From Minisyncoccota bacterium (lineage in GTDB: Bacteria > Patescibacteriota > Minisyncoccia > Phycocordibacterales > UBA2100): a DNA stretch of 34,842 nt. Position 1 is the first letter of the stretch; each line of letters begins with the position of its first letter. The stretch spans positions 1 through 34,842 of the forward strand of contig JAGVDT010000036.1 of the NCBI GenBank assembly GCA_020058565.1, read 5' to 3'. Of this stretch, positions 6,382 to 14,997 are shown one piece after another. The position numbers and the translations under genes were made by a program. The notes beneath the pieces were generated by a model that saw only the letters and a program-made list of their open reading frames with translations, was not told where the DNA came from and searched no databases.

Positions 6382-8154
6382 TCAAACCTCCGAGCTCGAG
6401 CCTATTTGCTGTTTAATCATTGCTCGTAACGCCGCAGGATCGGCTGCTCCCCTCAGTGACTTCATTGCCTGCCCCACGAGGTACTCTATAGCCGCTGTTT
6501 TGCCCGATTTCACATCATCTACCACAGTGGCGTTATCGGCAATAATTTTGGCCACAATTTGCGCGAGTTGTGCTGAGGAATCGCTTTGAAGCAGCTTTTG
6601 CTCCCTGGCCAGCACTTCGGGGTCGCTTTTGCCGTCCATGCAAATTTGAAGCAACTCCTTTACGGCCCGCGACGATATTCTTTTTTCGCTGGCCATTCGG
6701 ATAACTTTCGCGAAATTATCGGGAGAAATAGGCACAATATCGAGAATTTTCATATCTCGGGTACCGGCATCTCGGATATCCGTGATTAACTTTACTAGAT
6801 CATTGGAGATGTAGTTAGAAGCCAGCTTTAGTTCAGCGGGTTTCTCCTGTAGAGCATGGCCGACGGCTTCAAAAAATTCGCCGTACAGTGGCTCTTTGAC
6901 ATAGAGCTCAATATCTTGTGTATTGATTCCTAAGGTCGCGAAACGCGTTCTTTTCTCCCACGGCAGCTCGGGCAGCGTCTTTTTTACGGTATCTAAAGTC
7001 AGGCCGAGTTCGGAAAGCTTTAGGGATGGTAGATCGGGATCGGGAAAATATCGGTAGTCTGCACTACCCTCTTTTACACGCTGGCTAAAAGTAGCCTGCT
7101 TGTGTTCGTCCCAGCCGCGAGTTTCCTGCACAACTTTTTCACCTTTCTCAAGTAGCGCTATCTGCCGTTTTACTTCGTAGTCTATGGCGCGCTCCAGAGC
7201 TCGAAAGGAATTTATGTTCTTTACCTCAACTTTAGTACCGAGTTTGGAAATATCGACTTTGAAATTAGCCTCAGGTAGATCTCCTGCATTCTCCGCGTTC
7301 ACTCCGGTGCTTTTGCTCGTCCCGCTTGAGTCCTCGGCGGCAGCTCTTTCGCTTGCCCCATTGCCCGTTTTTATTCGCTTTGACCCGTTCTCCCCATTCT
7401 CTCCGTTCGTTCCGACGGAATCGCTGCCATTAGAGACCAAAGACGCGGAAGCGCTTACGGCTTCAAAAATATGTGCTGATGGGCTTCTCGTCGCTGAAGA
7501 AACTAAGGAACTTTCTGGCGAGAAAGAATTATTCTTCATGCGCTGTGCATCTTCCGGAGATATTTTTGCGACACTAATGTTTGCTTCGAGCCGCATCTGC
7601 CCTTTTTCCATATCAGCTTCGGATGCTCCGAGCGTTCTCAAAAGCACCTGCAATTCCCTGCCGAAATTTCCCGCCTCCCTCGCGCTATGCAGCACCGGCT
7701 CTGTCACAAGCTCCATCAAAGGAACGCCCGCACGATTGTAATCCACCAAAGTAGCTCCCGAGCTTTCATCGTGGATTGAACTAGCGGTGTCCTCCTCAAG
7801 ATGAATCCTGGTCAGCGTAACACCGTTTAGCGATCCTCCTGAGACCAAAGGGTACTCAAACTGCGACAACTGATACCCTTTTGGGAGGTCAGGATAGAAA
7901 TAATTCTTTCGGTCGAATTCCGTATAATCTGCCAATTTTGCGCCAAGCGCTGCCCCAACACGCAAAACATGCTCTACCGCAGCCCTATTTATCACCGGAA
8001 GGGTGCCCGGATGGGCCATACACACCGGACAAACGTTGATATTAGGCCGTTTTTTCGCTGCATCATTCTTTGATGCACAAAACATCTTGGTGCGCGTGTT
8101 TAATTCCGCATGAATTTCGAGACCAATCGTCGGCCAATATCTGTCTTGCGCCAT
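6382..8154 (-). CDS. gatB: Asp-tRNA(Asn)/Glu-tRNA(Gln) amidotransferase subunit B, with an internal low-complexity insertion
   Basis: N-terminus WPTIGLEIHAELNTRTKMFC...CPVCMAHPGTLPV, plus DRKNYFYPDLPKGYQLSQ, RIHLEEDT and SADYRYFPDPDLP, and a C-terminal YqeY-like tail (AAIEYLVGQAMKSLRGAADP). All are classic GatB signatures. Confidence 0.95.
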   Translation of the reverse strand: MAQDRYWPTIGLEIHAELNTRTKMFCASKNDAAKKRPNINVCPVCMAHPGTLPVINRAAVEHVLRVGAALGAKLADYTEFDRKNYFYPDLPKGYQLSQFEYPLVSGGSLNGVTLTRIHLEEDTASSIHDESSGATLVDYNRAGVPLMELVTEPVLHSAREAGNFGRELQVLLRTLGASEADMEKGQMRLEANISVAKISPEDAQRMKNNSFSPESSLVSSATRSPSAHIFEAVSASASLVSNGSDSVGTNGENGENGSKRIKTGNGASERAAAEDSSGTSKSTGVNAENAGDLPEANFKVDISKLGTKVEVKNINSFRALERAIDYEVKRQIALLEKGEKVVQETRGWDEHKQATFSQRVKEGSADYRYFPDPDLPSLKLSELGLTLDTVKKTLPELPWEKRTRFATLGINTQDIELYVKEPLYGEFFEAVGHALQEKPAELKLASNYISNDLVKLITDIRDAGTRDMKILDIVPISPDNFAKVIRMASEKRISSRAVKELLQICMDGKSDPEVLAREQKLLQSDSSAQLAQIVAKIIADNATVVDDVKSGKTAAIEYLVGQAMKSLRGAADPAALRAMIKQQIGSSSEV

Positions 8155-8378
8155 AGTCTCTGAATACTATCAGAGGTCTCTTTCAAGTGCCATCGTGTTC
8201 AAAAAACTGCGGGGAAAACGCCTCTGTGCATGACAGAAGGTCAGGCGAACAAGACAACGGTGCAACTTGTGAGCGAATATGGCGCATATTTAGAGCCATT
8301 TTATACAGCACCTGTTCCCGGCGAAATAATGAATTTTTGCGTACTGCGAAGTGGGAAATGCGTCTCATGATGCAAGCA

Positions 8379-8410
8379 AGGTTTAGCCTGTGATCGCATA
8401 GGCTAAACCT
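8379..8410. repeat. Perfect 11-bp inverted repeat (hairpin) about 215 bp upstream of the Y1-transposase-like gene
   Basis: aggtttagcct (8379-8389), a 10-nt loop, then aggctaaacct (8400-8410). Possible REP/IS200-type subterminal hairpin, or a terminator. Confidence 0.5.
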
Positions 8411-8613
8411 TACTAGATAAGCCAAAAAACAAAAAATGTCGAAAAAACGCGATTTTTAGACGCTTTTTAGCATATTTTGCCTCAATTTCGCGCAGATTTT
8501 GTGCTGAAAATCATTTTCGGGAGAAGCGCGCATCGTTTGTCGAATTCGCGTTGTGCGTTTGTGCTGGCTGCGAGTCAATACTAGTAACGTCTAGCTTTGC
8601 GTAAAAAAACATC

Positions 8614-8619
8614 TACAAT
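8614..8619 (+). promoter_or_regulatory. -10-like TACAAT placed 6 nt before the ATG (possible leaderless transcript)
   Basis: tacaat-tacacc-ATG at 8614-8628. There is no Shine-Dalgarno sequence between them, and no convincing -35. Confidence 0.3.
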
Positions 8620-8625
8620 TACACC

Positions 8626-9288
8626 ATGAGAAAAACAAAATTCGAGTTAGGCGGCCACTATCACCTATTCAATCGCGGCGTCGACAATCGAAATGTCTTT
8701 GTTTCGAAAGAAGACTACGATCGCTTCGAGGCGTACTTATATCTCCTGAACGACACGGAGAGCCCGCGAGCGGCCAATTTTTTTGTTGGCAAAAGATACG
8801 GATCAATTTTTGAAAGCGCGCGAACACAACCGCTGATAGCAATAGGCGCATTTTCATTATTGCCAACCAATTTTCATATCATTGCCTCCCCTCTTGTCGA
8901 TCGAGGTCTTCCCAAATTTATGCAGAAGCTTACGACAGCCTATACAATGTACTTTAACGACAAGTATCAGCGCACGGGCTCGTTGTTTGAGGGTACCTAC
9001 AAAGCTCATGGGGCCACAAGCGATAATCATTTGAAATTCCTGCTATCGTTAACGCACCTTGCCCCCGCCCAACTGTTCAACAAAAAATGGGCCGAGGACG
9101 ATATTTTTAAGCTGGAGCGACTATCCGGTGAGCTGATGGATTATCGTTACTCGAGTGTGGGCGAATACATCAGCGGTAAAAATATAATCACTGACCCGCA
9201 ATACTTCCCACGATACTTCGGACGCGCCAAGAGCATGGACACGTATCTAAGATACTGGGAGGATAACAAAAACAAATACACTAACTAG
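8626..9288 (+). CDS. IS200/IS605-type Y1 (HUH) transposase homologue, REP-associated tyrosine transposase (RAYT)-like; HUH motif degenerate
   Basis: YHLFNRGVDNRNVF...DYDRF at the N-terminus, LLPTNFHIIA where the family has (M/L)PNH(F/V)H(L/I)L, and RTGSLFEGTYKAH matching the G.LFQGRYKS catalytic-Tyr motif. Confidence 0.8.
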   Translation: MRKTKFELGGHYHLFNRGVDNRNVFVSKEDYDRFEAYLYLLNDTESPRAANFFVGKRYGSIFESARTQPLIAIGAFSLLPTNFHIIASPLVDRGLPKFMQKLTTAYTMYFNDKYQRTGSLFEGTYKAHGATSDNHLKFLLSLTHLAPAQLFNKKWAEDDIFKLERLSGELMDYRYSSVGEYISGKNIITDPQYFPRYFGRAKSMDTYLRYWEDNKNKYTN

Positions 9289-9829
9289 AACACCGATGCG
9301 TACGCCGTCTGCATGCAAAAGCAGAGCTCCGACTACACTCGGTACAGCGAGTAGTACAAACGAGGAGGTAGCGGGAAGGACTTTCAGTTCCCTGGCGAAG
9401 GTACGTGCCGTCTCCATATCCTGATCTCATCTATATCAATGAATGGTTGTACCAGGCTAAATGGTGTATGCCATGCAATCATTCACTACCAATTGGTTAA
9501 TGAGTGGCGCATCTCGTTTTCGCCCTACCGGCAATGGGCCAACGGGCGCTGGACAATCTAGGTGCTTCGGTGCGCGATCACTAAGCAATTGCCCTCCGCT
9601 TATCAATCTCGGTAAACACAGATTCGCAGAAAACTCGATATCTCGGCATAAATGACTGCATGGATAGGGAGCGGAAGTTGCGGTAGTGGTTTGTTCAAGC
9701 GGGTTCTTCGGCTGTTTTAGAGCACACTCTTGCCTAAGGCAGACCCGCTCAGCCGCTGTGTAGAGGCCTTCAGCGCCTACAGGCATTCTCTTCAGGTGCG
9801 AAGCCAGCGCGACGCCCTGAACGGCGCTT

Positions 9830-11440
9830 TTACTTCTGTACAGAAGGGCCGCCTTTAAGTCGCACCACCGATTTGCGGACAACCGAGGCTGCGGTGAATA
9901 GGAAGAGTAGTAGCGGGATAGCCAAAACACTCTCTCCAAGGCGCGAATACGCAGTACGTGTACCTAGGAGTGGACCTGCCGCTGTCATAAACGATATGCC
10001 GCCTACGGGAGTCCTCGCTATGACTTCTCCTGCATCAGAAACTACTGCGGATGACGCGCCATTATGTACCATTGCCACGTATCTCCCGCTTTCGACCGCG
10101 CGCAGCTTTGCGTGCGCTATCAGCATTTGAGTGGACATGAAACCGTGATGCAGCCAGCTATCTGGACAGACATTTATCAAAATTTGCGCGCCACTGTTTG
10201 AGAGGTCTGCATACAAGCTCGGAGAGAAAATTTCGGCGCACAGTAGCGCGCCTATTTTCATGTCGCCGAGCGGGAGCGGTTGAGGAGTCGTTCCCGGATG
10301 CAGTACCGGCAAAGAGTTTTTACGAGCTGCATGTTCTCCCAGTATGTAGCTTTGTGCGGAAGAAAACAGATAGACTGGATATTCAGCGACTGGGGCGAGC
10401 AGCGTTGTATTGTGCGAGGCGACAATCTCGCCATCGCTTGAATAGGCAGTCAATCGTTTATAGGTGCCTGCAGACGTCTCCATCGTGGCAACATCGATAA
10501 TTTTCGGAGAATTTCCTGTAAGCACTGTCTTGAGTACCGATGTGGGCTCGACTCCCGAGGCGCTCAGGAATTCTCCGGAAGGAATTATCAAAACATCGAG
10601 CATTCGTACGGTGTCGGATACATCGCCCAAAAGCTCCCCTATCTGCCGTCCGCGCTCGGTTACTTCTGCCTTGGAGAGCGAAACTTTCGGGAAGAAGTCC
10701 GTCGTGATTGCGCCCATGTTGAGGACGCCCCGTTCGTCCGGAGAGGATGGCACGATGTGAAATTTGGTGTCTAGGAGCGTTACCGATATGCATGCGACGA
10801 CTGCGAGTACGACGGCGGCTACTTTAACCTTGATCGACGGAGCATACTTCCCCATCAAGGCTTCGGCGGCAAATCCGATCAGGACGACAGTAAACGTAAG
10901 GCCGTATACCCCGCCAAACTGAGCGAGGTATAAAAGCGGTGAGAACGCCGAGAGCGCATAGCCGAGCATTGTTGCGGAAAAATGCGCCGCCATGCCATTT
11001 TCATTCCCGGCCATAAGTGCGGCAAATGCCCACATCTGCGCGTATTGCAGAAGCGTCCATGCTGACGCTGCGAAAAGTATTCGCAGGGCCGGATTCTCAG
11101 TACGAAGCACGCGATACAGGAGCGCAAACACTCCAAAAAAAATGCCAAGCACGGCTGAGGCAGAGCCCCAGTAGAGGTACACTAGAGCGAAGCCTTTGGT
11201 TTCCGGAATGCCAGCCCAGGTAATCGGCAACAGGTCCCACAGCCAAAAGAGAGCGCCGGCCGAGTACACAACGCCAAAAAGCGTGCCTATGCCGAAATGC
11301 CTAAGCAGCCCGCTGCTTGCTTCTGTATGCAGCGCAAACGCGAAGGCTGCAACCGCAAAAAAAGCCAAGAACCACACCTGCGGCGCGAGGAGCGCAGCTC
11401 CCCCGAAAATTCCAGCTAGCGCTGCGAGAGCATATGTCAC
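9830..11440 (-). CDS. lnt: Apolipoprotein N-acyltransferase
   Basis: A polytopic N-terminal half is followed by a CN-hydrolase (nitrilase-like) domain. The Lnt-type active-site context is MKIGALLCAEIFSP. Confidence 0.8.
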   Translation of the reverse strand: MTYALAALAGIFGGAALLAPQVWFLAFFAVAAFAFALHTEASSGLLRHFGIGTLFGVVYSAGALFWLWDLLPITWAGIPETKGFALVYLYWGSASAVLGIFFGVFALLYRVLRTENPALRILFAASAWTLLQYAQMWAFAALMAGNENGMAAHFSATMLGYALSAFSPLLYLAQFGGVYGLTFTVVLIGFAAEALMGKYAPSIKVKVAAVVLAVVACISVTLLDTKFHIVPSSPDERGVLNMGAITTDFFPKVSLSKAEVTERGRQIGELLGDVSDTVRMLDVLIIPSGEFLSASGVEPTSVLKTVLTGNSPKIIDVATMETSAGTYKRLTAYSSDGEIVASHNTTLLAPVAEYPVYLFSSAQSYILGEHAARKNSLPVLHPGTTPQPLPLGDMKIGALLCAEIFSPSLYADLSNSGAQILINVCPDSWLHHGFMSTQMLIAHAKLRAVESGRYVAMVHNGASSAVVSDAGEVIARTPVGGISFMTAAGPLLGTRTAYSRLGESVLAIPLLLFLFTAASVVRKSVVRLKGGPSVQK

Positions 11441-11472
11441 GCGCTAAGGATACCTCGACTCACGCGGCTTCA

Positions 11473-14061
11473 CTAGCTCTCATCGACGATGCGCCACTCT
11501 CCCGAGGCCAGGAGATCATCGGTCTTTTTAAATTTCACTTCGCGCACCTCTTTGCCGTTGGTTATTTTTACTTTGTCGTTGCGACCGTATTCTTTTTTCG
11601 GCCCCACGTGTCCGGTAGCGGTGATAGTCCGGGCGGCAGTCTGGACGGAGCGTTCCTGCCTGGAGCTCGGAGCACCTTCTGAAGTGATGTTGGGGATGCT
11701 TTGCGCCACATGCTGGGTATACGTATCTTCCATCGTATGAAAGAGCCGGAGGCCTTCTTTTTTGTATTCTACGAGCGGATCTCGCTGGCCGTATGCGCGC
11801 AAATTTACCGATGAGCGCAAATATTCCATAGCCTCGAGATGCTCCACCCAAAGGTAATCGATCGTTTGGAGCAAGAACCTCCGCACTATAGGGTAAAATG
11901 CATCACCAAGCTCTTGTTTTTTCATGCGGATTGCGTCGGGGAAATCTGACTTTCCGGAAAAGATGCGCTGTAATTCCGTGTCGATCGCTTCGTTGCCTTC
12001 TGACAATAGCGCTCGACGGCGCTGATAGACACTTTTGCGCTGAATGTTGAGTACGTCGTCGTATGCGAGCACGTGCTTACGAGCATCGAAATTCATTTCT
12101 TCAATGCGCGTCTGCGCCTTTTCAAGCGATCGGGTGATCATGGAGTTATAGATTGGTTCGTCTTCAGGAATACCAAAAGTGCCCATTACGCGCTTAATAG
12201 CGTCGGATGCAAATATGCGCATCAAAGAATCCTCCAGCGAAACAAAAAATTGCGTTTCTCCCGGATCTCCTTGTCGGCCTGCGCGGCCTCGCAGCTGATT
12301 ATCAATGCGACGGGCTTCATGCCGCTCTGTGCCAAGTACAAAGAGACCGCTGAGCTTTTTAATTTCTTCGTATGCACCTTCCGGCGCGGGGTTTCCTCCG
12401 AGTTTGATGTCCACACCGCGGCCTGCCATGTTGGTAGCGATAGTGACTCCCCCTTTCCTGCCCGCCTGCGCAATAATCTCGCCTTCGCGTTCGTGATTTT
12501 TCGCGTTTAATATTTCGTGAGGAATGCCCTCTTGGCGAAAATACGCAGACAAGACCTCGTTCCTTTCGACTGATGCCGTTCCGATGAGTACCGGCTGGCC
12601 CTTTTCGTGCATTTCTTTGACTCGCCTGGCGATGGCTTTCATCTTCCCCGCTTCAGTTTGGAATATCAGGTCTTCATGGTCTTTGCGTTCCGTTTTTTTG
12701 TTGGTCGGTACGACCACCGTATTGAGTCCGTAGACTTTGTAGAATTCTTCGGAACTCGTGACTGCCGTGCCGGTCATGCCTGCGAGCTTGTCGTATAAGC
12801 GAAAATAATTTTGGAACGTAATCGACGCGAAAGTGCGGCTTTCTTGCTGTACCGAGACGCCTTCTTTGGCCTCGATAGCCTGATGCAGTCCGTCGGACCA
12901 ACGGCGGCCCGGCTGAAGACGACCGGTGAATTCGTCTACTATCACAATCTGTCCGTCCCGCACGACGTATTCTTTGTCGCGATTATAGAGCGCTTTCGCG
13001 CGTACCGCTGTTTCCAGATGATGCACAAACTTAATACCGGCATCAGTGTATATGTTGTCTATCCCAAGAGCCCTTTCGGCCTTTTCAATACCAGAATCAG
13101 TTAGTTCTATCTGTTTTTTCTTTTCGTCAACCGCGTAGTCATCGTCCCGCTTGAGGGATCCCGCTATGCCGGCGAACTTTGCATACAAGGACTCGGCTTC
13201 GGCCATCGGCGCGGATATTATCAGAGGTGTGCGCGCTTCATCGATAAGTATGGAGTCTATTTCGTCGACAATCGCAAAATGATACCCTCCGTCTTTCTGA
13301 AGACGCTGACGGAGCTTTTCCGGTTCGTACTCAAGATTGTCACGCAGATAATCAAAGCCGTATTCATTGTTGGTGCCATAGGTGATGTCGGCCGCATATG
13401 CTTCACGCCGCGTACAAGGACGCAGATACTCGTGCACTACGTGAAAGCTCCCCGTCTCATCACGTTTCGTATCTAGTACATCTTTTGCCTCGGCCTGGTT
13501 ATTGTTTCTTGTTTCTTGTGCTTTGTTTTGTGTTTCTTGGTTATTGATATTTGCCACTCCGTGGCGAGGGTCGTATATAAAAGATGCTTCGTGATTTATC
13601 ACGCTTGTCGACATTCCAAGCGCATGATAGACCTGCCCCATCCATACCGCATCGCGCCTTGAAAGATAGTCATTTACAGTGACCACGTGCACGCCTTTCT
13701 CTGTGAGGGCATTGAGGTATGCAGGAAGCGTCGCCACCAAAGTCTTGCCTTCGCCGGTGCGCATTTCAGCGATGTCGCCGTTGTGGAGAATCATGCCTCC
13801 AATCAGCTGCACGTCAAAGTGTCTCTGCCCGAGCGTACGTCGAGATGCCTCGCGTACCGCGGCAAAAGCCTCTGGAGCCAGGTCGTCGAGACTTTCGCCT
13901 TCAGACAGGCGCTTTTTGAATTCGGCTGTTTTTGCCTTGAGAGCCTCGTCGGAAAGCGCTGTAAACTGCGGCTCAAGTGCGTTTACCTTGCCCACAATAG
14001 GGGCAGCGCGGTTGTAGGCCGCAGCGTTCTCATCGCCAAATAATGCCTTCCAAAATGTCAT
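11473..14061 (-). CDS. secA: Preprotein translocase ATPase SecA
   Basis: MRTGEGKTLVATLPAYLNAL (Walker A), VVTVNDYLSRRD, AYAADITYGTNNEYGFDYLRDN, AIVDEIDSILIDEARTPLIIS, LAGMTGTA, TIATNMAGRGVDIKLGG. Confidence 0.97.
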   Translation of the reverse strand: MTFWKALFGDENAAAYNRAAPIVGKVNALEPQFTALSDEALKAKTAEFKKRLSEGESLDDLAPEAFAAVREASRRTLGQRHFDVQLIGGMILHNGDIAEMRTGEGKTLVATLPAYLNALTEKGVHVVTVNDYLSRRDAVWMGQVYHALGMSTSVINHEASFIYDPRHGVANINNQETQNKAQETRNNNQAEAKDVLDTKRDETGSFHVVHEYLRPCTRREAYAADITYGTNNEYGFDYLRDNLEYEPEKLRQRLQKDGGYHFAIVDEIDSILIDEARTPLIISAPMAEAESLYAKFAGIAGSLKRDDDYAVDEKKKQIELTDSGIEKAERALGIDNIYTDAGIKFVHHLETAVRAKALYNRDKEYVVRDGQIVIVDEFTGRLQPGRRWSDGLHQAIEAKEGVSVQQESRTFASITFQNYFRLYDKLAGMTGTAVTSSEEFYKVYGLNTVVVPTNKKTERKDHEDLIFQTEAGKMKAIARRVKEMHEKGQPVLIGTASVERNEVLSAYFRQEGIPHEILNAKNHEREGEIIAQAGRKGGVTIATNMAGRGVDIKLGGNPAPEGAYEEIKKLSGLFVLGTERHEARRIDNQLRGRAGRQGDPGETQFFVSLEDSLMRIFASDAIKRVMGTFGIPEDEPIYNSMITRSLEKAQTRIEEMNFDARKHVLAYDDVLNIQRKSVYQRRRALLSEGNEAIDTELQRIFSGKSDFPDAIRMKKQELGDAFYPIVRRFLLQTIDYLWVEHLEAMEYLRSSVNLRAYGQRDPLVEYKKEGLRLFHTMEDTYTQHVAQSIPNITSEGAPSSRQERSVQTAARTITATGHVGPKKEYGRNDKVKITNGKEVREVKFKKTDDLLASGEWRIVDES

Positions 14062-14172
14062 CGGGTCATCCTATCATCGGAGGCCGAAAGTATCTACCTC
14101 GAGACAAAGGATTCTAGTTTGCGATACGTGACGATAAACAGATTCATACCCCACACTTCCACCGCATACCCG

Positions 14173-14208
14173 TATGCTATTTTTACGCGATAGCGTAGAA
14201 ATAGCATA
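14173..14208. promoter_or_regulatory. 36-nt palindromic element, copy 1 (just after the PaaX-like stop, about 110 nt upstream of the secA start)
   Basis: tatgctatttttacgcgatagcgtagaaatagcata. The arms tatgctattt/aaatagcata are a perfect 10-bp inverted repeat. The first 18 nt and last 8 nt are identical to copy 2. Confidence 0.6.
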
Positions 14209-14210
14209 CA

Positions 14211-14786
14211 CTACTGGCGTGCCGGCAGCTTAAAATGCTTCCTGATCGGCGCATCCATTTCGAGTTCATCTACGATCATATAGCGCATATCTTTTCCTAT
14301 TTTTAGATCGCTTTTCAGCAAGATAATAAGCTCTTCGCATGGGTAAGGATACATCCACACACTTTTCTGTAATTGGTAAAAGCCACACGACCGGAGGGTT
14401 TGCCTGACTTTGTCACGGATAGTCTTTCGGTATTCGGGAATATCAAAAATCATAAGCCGCCATCGCCCATCCCAACGCTTTGGGCGTTTACTCAGCGTTT
14501 CCTTGGCTTGCAAGAGATAGAGTTTGCGCTTGCCTTTTTCAGTAAGCTGCGCGACAGGTCCCTTATAGAAGATCAGGCCTTCTTTTTCGAGCCGTTTGCG
14601 GGTGCGAGCGATGTTGCCGGCATCATATCGGGACAGAGTTAGCCCAAGCTTTCGCAGAACCACCGGCATATTAGGTGCCGCAATCGCAAGCCCCACCAGG
14701 CCGGCTGCTGCCACGCCCATTAGTATGGATTTCCTTAGGTTCCTTTTTTGCGCACGTTTTCGACCCCGCTCTTCGATTGACCCCAT
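14211..14786 (-). CDS. PaaX-family-like regulator (N-terminal TM, winged-helix-like region, Cas2/PaaX_C-like C-terminal domain)
   Basis: WRLMIFDIPEYRKTIRDKVRQTLRSCGFYQLQKSVWMYPYPCEE matches the (V/I)FDIPE....R......L...GF..LQ.SVW.(Y)P pattern of PaaX C-terminal domains. The N-terminal hydrophobic helix is ILMGVAAAGLVGLAIAAP. Confidence 0.65.
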   Translation of the reverse strand: MGSIEERGRKRAQKRNLRKSILMGVAAAGLVGLAIAAPNMPVVLRKLGLTLSRYDAGNIARTRKRLEKEGLIFYKGPVAQLTEKGKRKLYLLQAKETLSKRPKRWDGRWRLMIFDIPEYRKTIRDKVRQTLRSCGFYQLQKSVWMYPYPCEELIILLKSDLKIGKDMRYMIVDELEMDAPIRKHFKLPARQ

Positions 14787-14821
14787 ATGCTATTTTTACG
14801 CGACCGCGCATTTATAGCATA
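14786..14821. promoter_or_regulatory. 36-nt palindromic element, copy 2 (abuts the PaaX-like start codon)
   Basis: tatgctatttttacgcgaccgcgcatttatagcata, with arms tatgctat/atagcata. It overlaps the T of the ATG (rc of 14784-14786). Confidence 0.6.
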
Positions 14822-14936
14822 GGAATATTTTTCCGCCATGCGTTTACTCTGCGAGAGTAGCAAAATATTTTTTCAGCCTATCAAGACGATCCTGCAGTTA
14901 ATGCAACAGATGACTTCGCAACGTAGGCCATAAGAC

Positions 14937-14961
14937 AAACCCGCGGCGAAGCCGCGGGTTT
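14937..14961 (-). terminator. Rho-independent terminator-like hairpin
   Basis: The minus strand reads aaacccgcggc-uuc-gccgcggguuu followed by gucuuau. The 11-bp GC-rich stem runs into a U-rich tract. On the plus strand the tail is gcgcaag, a poor terminator. Confidence 0.7.
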
Positions 14962-14974
14962 GCGCAAGAAACTT

Positions 14975-14994
14975 TTGAGTGCGTACGCACTCAA
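14975..14994 (-). other. Perfect 9-bp hairpin immediately after the polybasic sORF stop
   Basis: ttgagtgcg-ta-cgcactcaa. It lies 3 nt downstream of the sORF stop on the minus strand. Confidence 0.6.
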
Positions 14995-14997
14995 GCC

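Noticed and set aside
9289-9860. RNase P, tmRNA or group II intron domain V in the 540-nt spacer (gaaagtcc on the minus strand near 9386; acagaagggccgccttta at 9838-9855; gagcggaagttgcgg near 9670).
   Set aside because: The candidate P4 strands are only about 170 nt apart, and one lies inside the lnt coding end. No tRNA-like 3' end or tag ORF supports tmRNA. The domain V-like bits are in the wrong order.
9457-9939. A 160-aa minus-strand ORF in the spacer.
   Set aside because: It overlaps the 3' end of lnt in another frame, has no motifs, and has an odd Cys/Arg/Leu-rich composition.
13502-13518. A 16/17-nt match between the secA insert (ttgtttcttgtttcttg) and the palindrome arm at 27181-27197, both encoding Q(E/D)TRN. 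This suggested a small in-frame mobile insert.
   Set aside because: A few 16/17 matches are expected by chance among all position pairs in 35 kb. The tract is low complexity. No flanking similarity or target duplication is visible.
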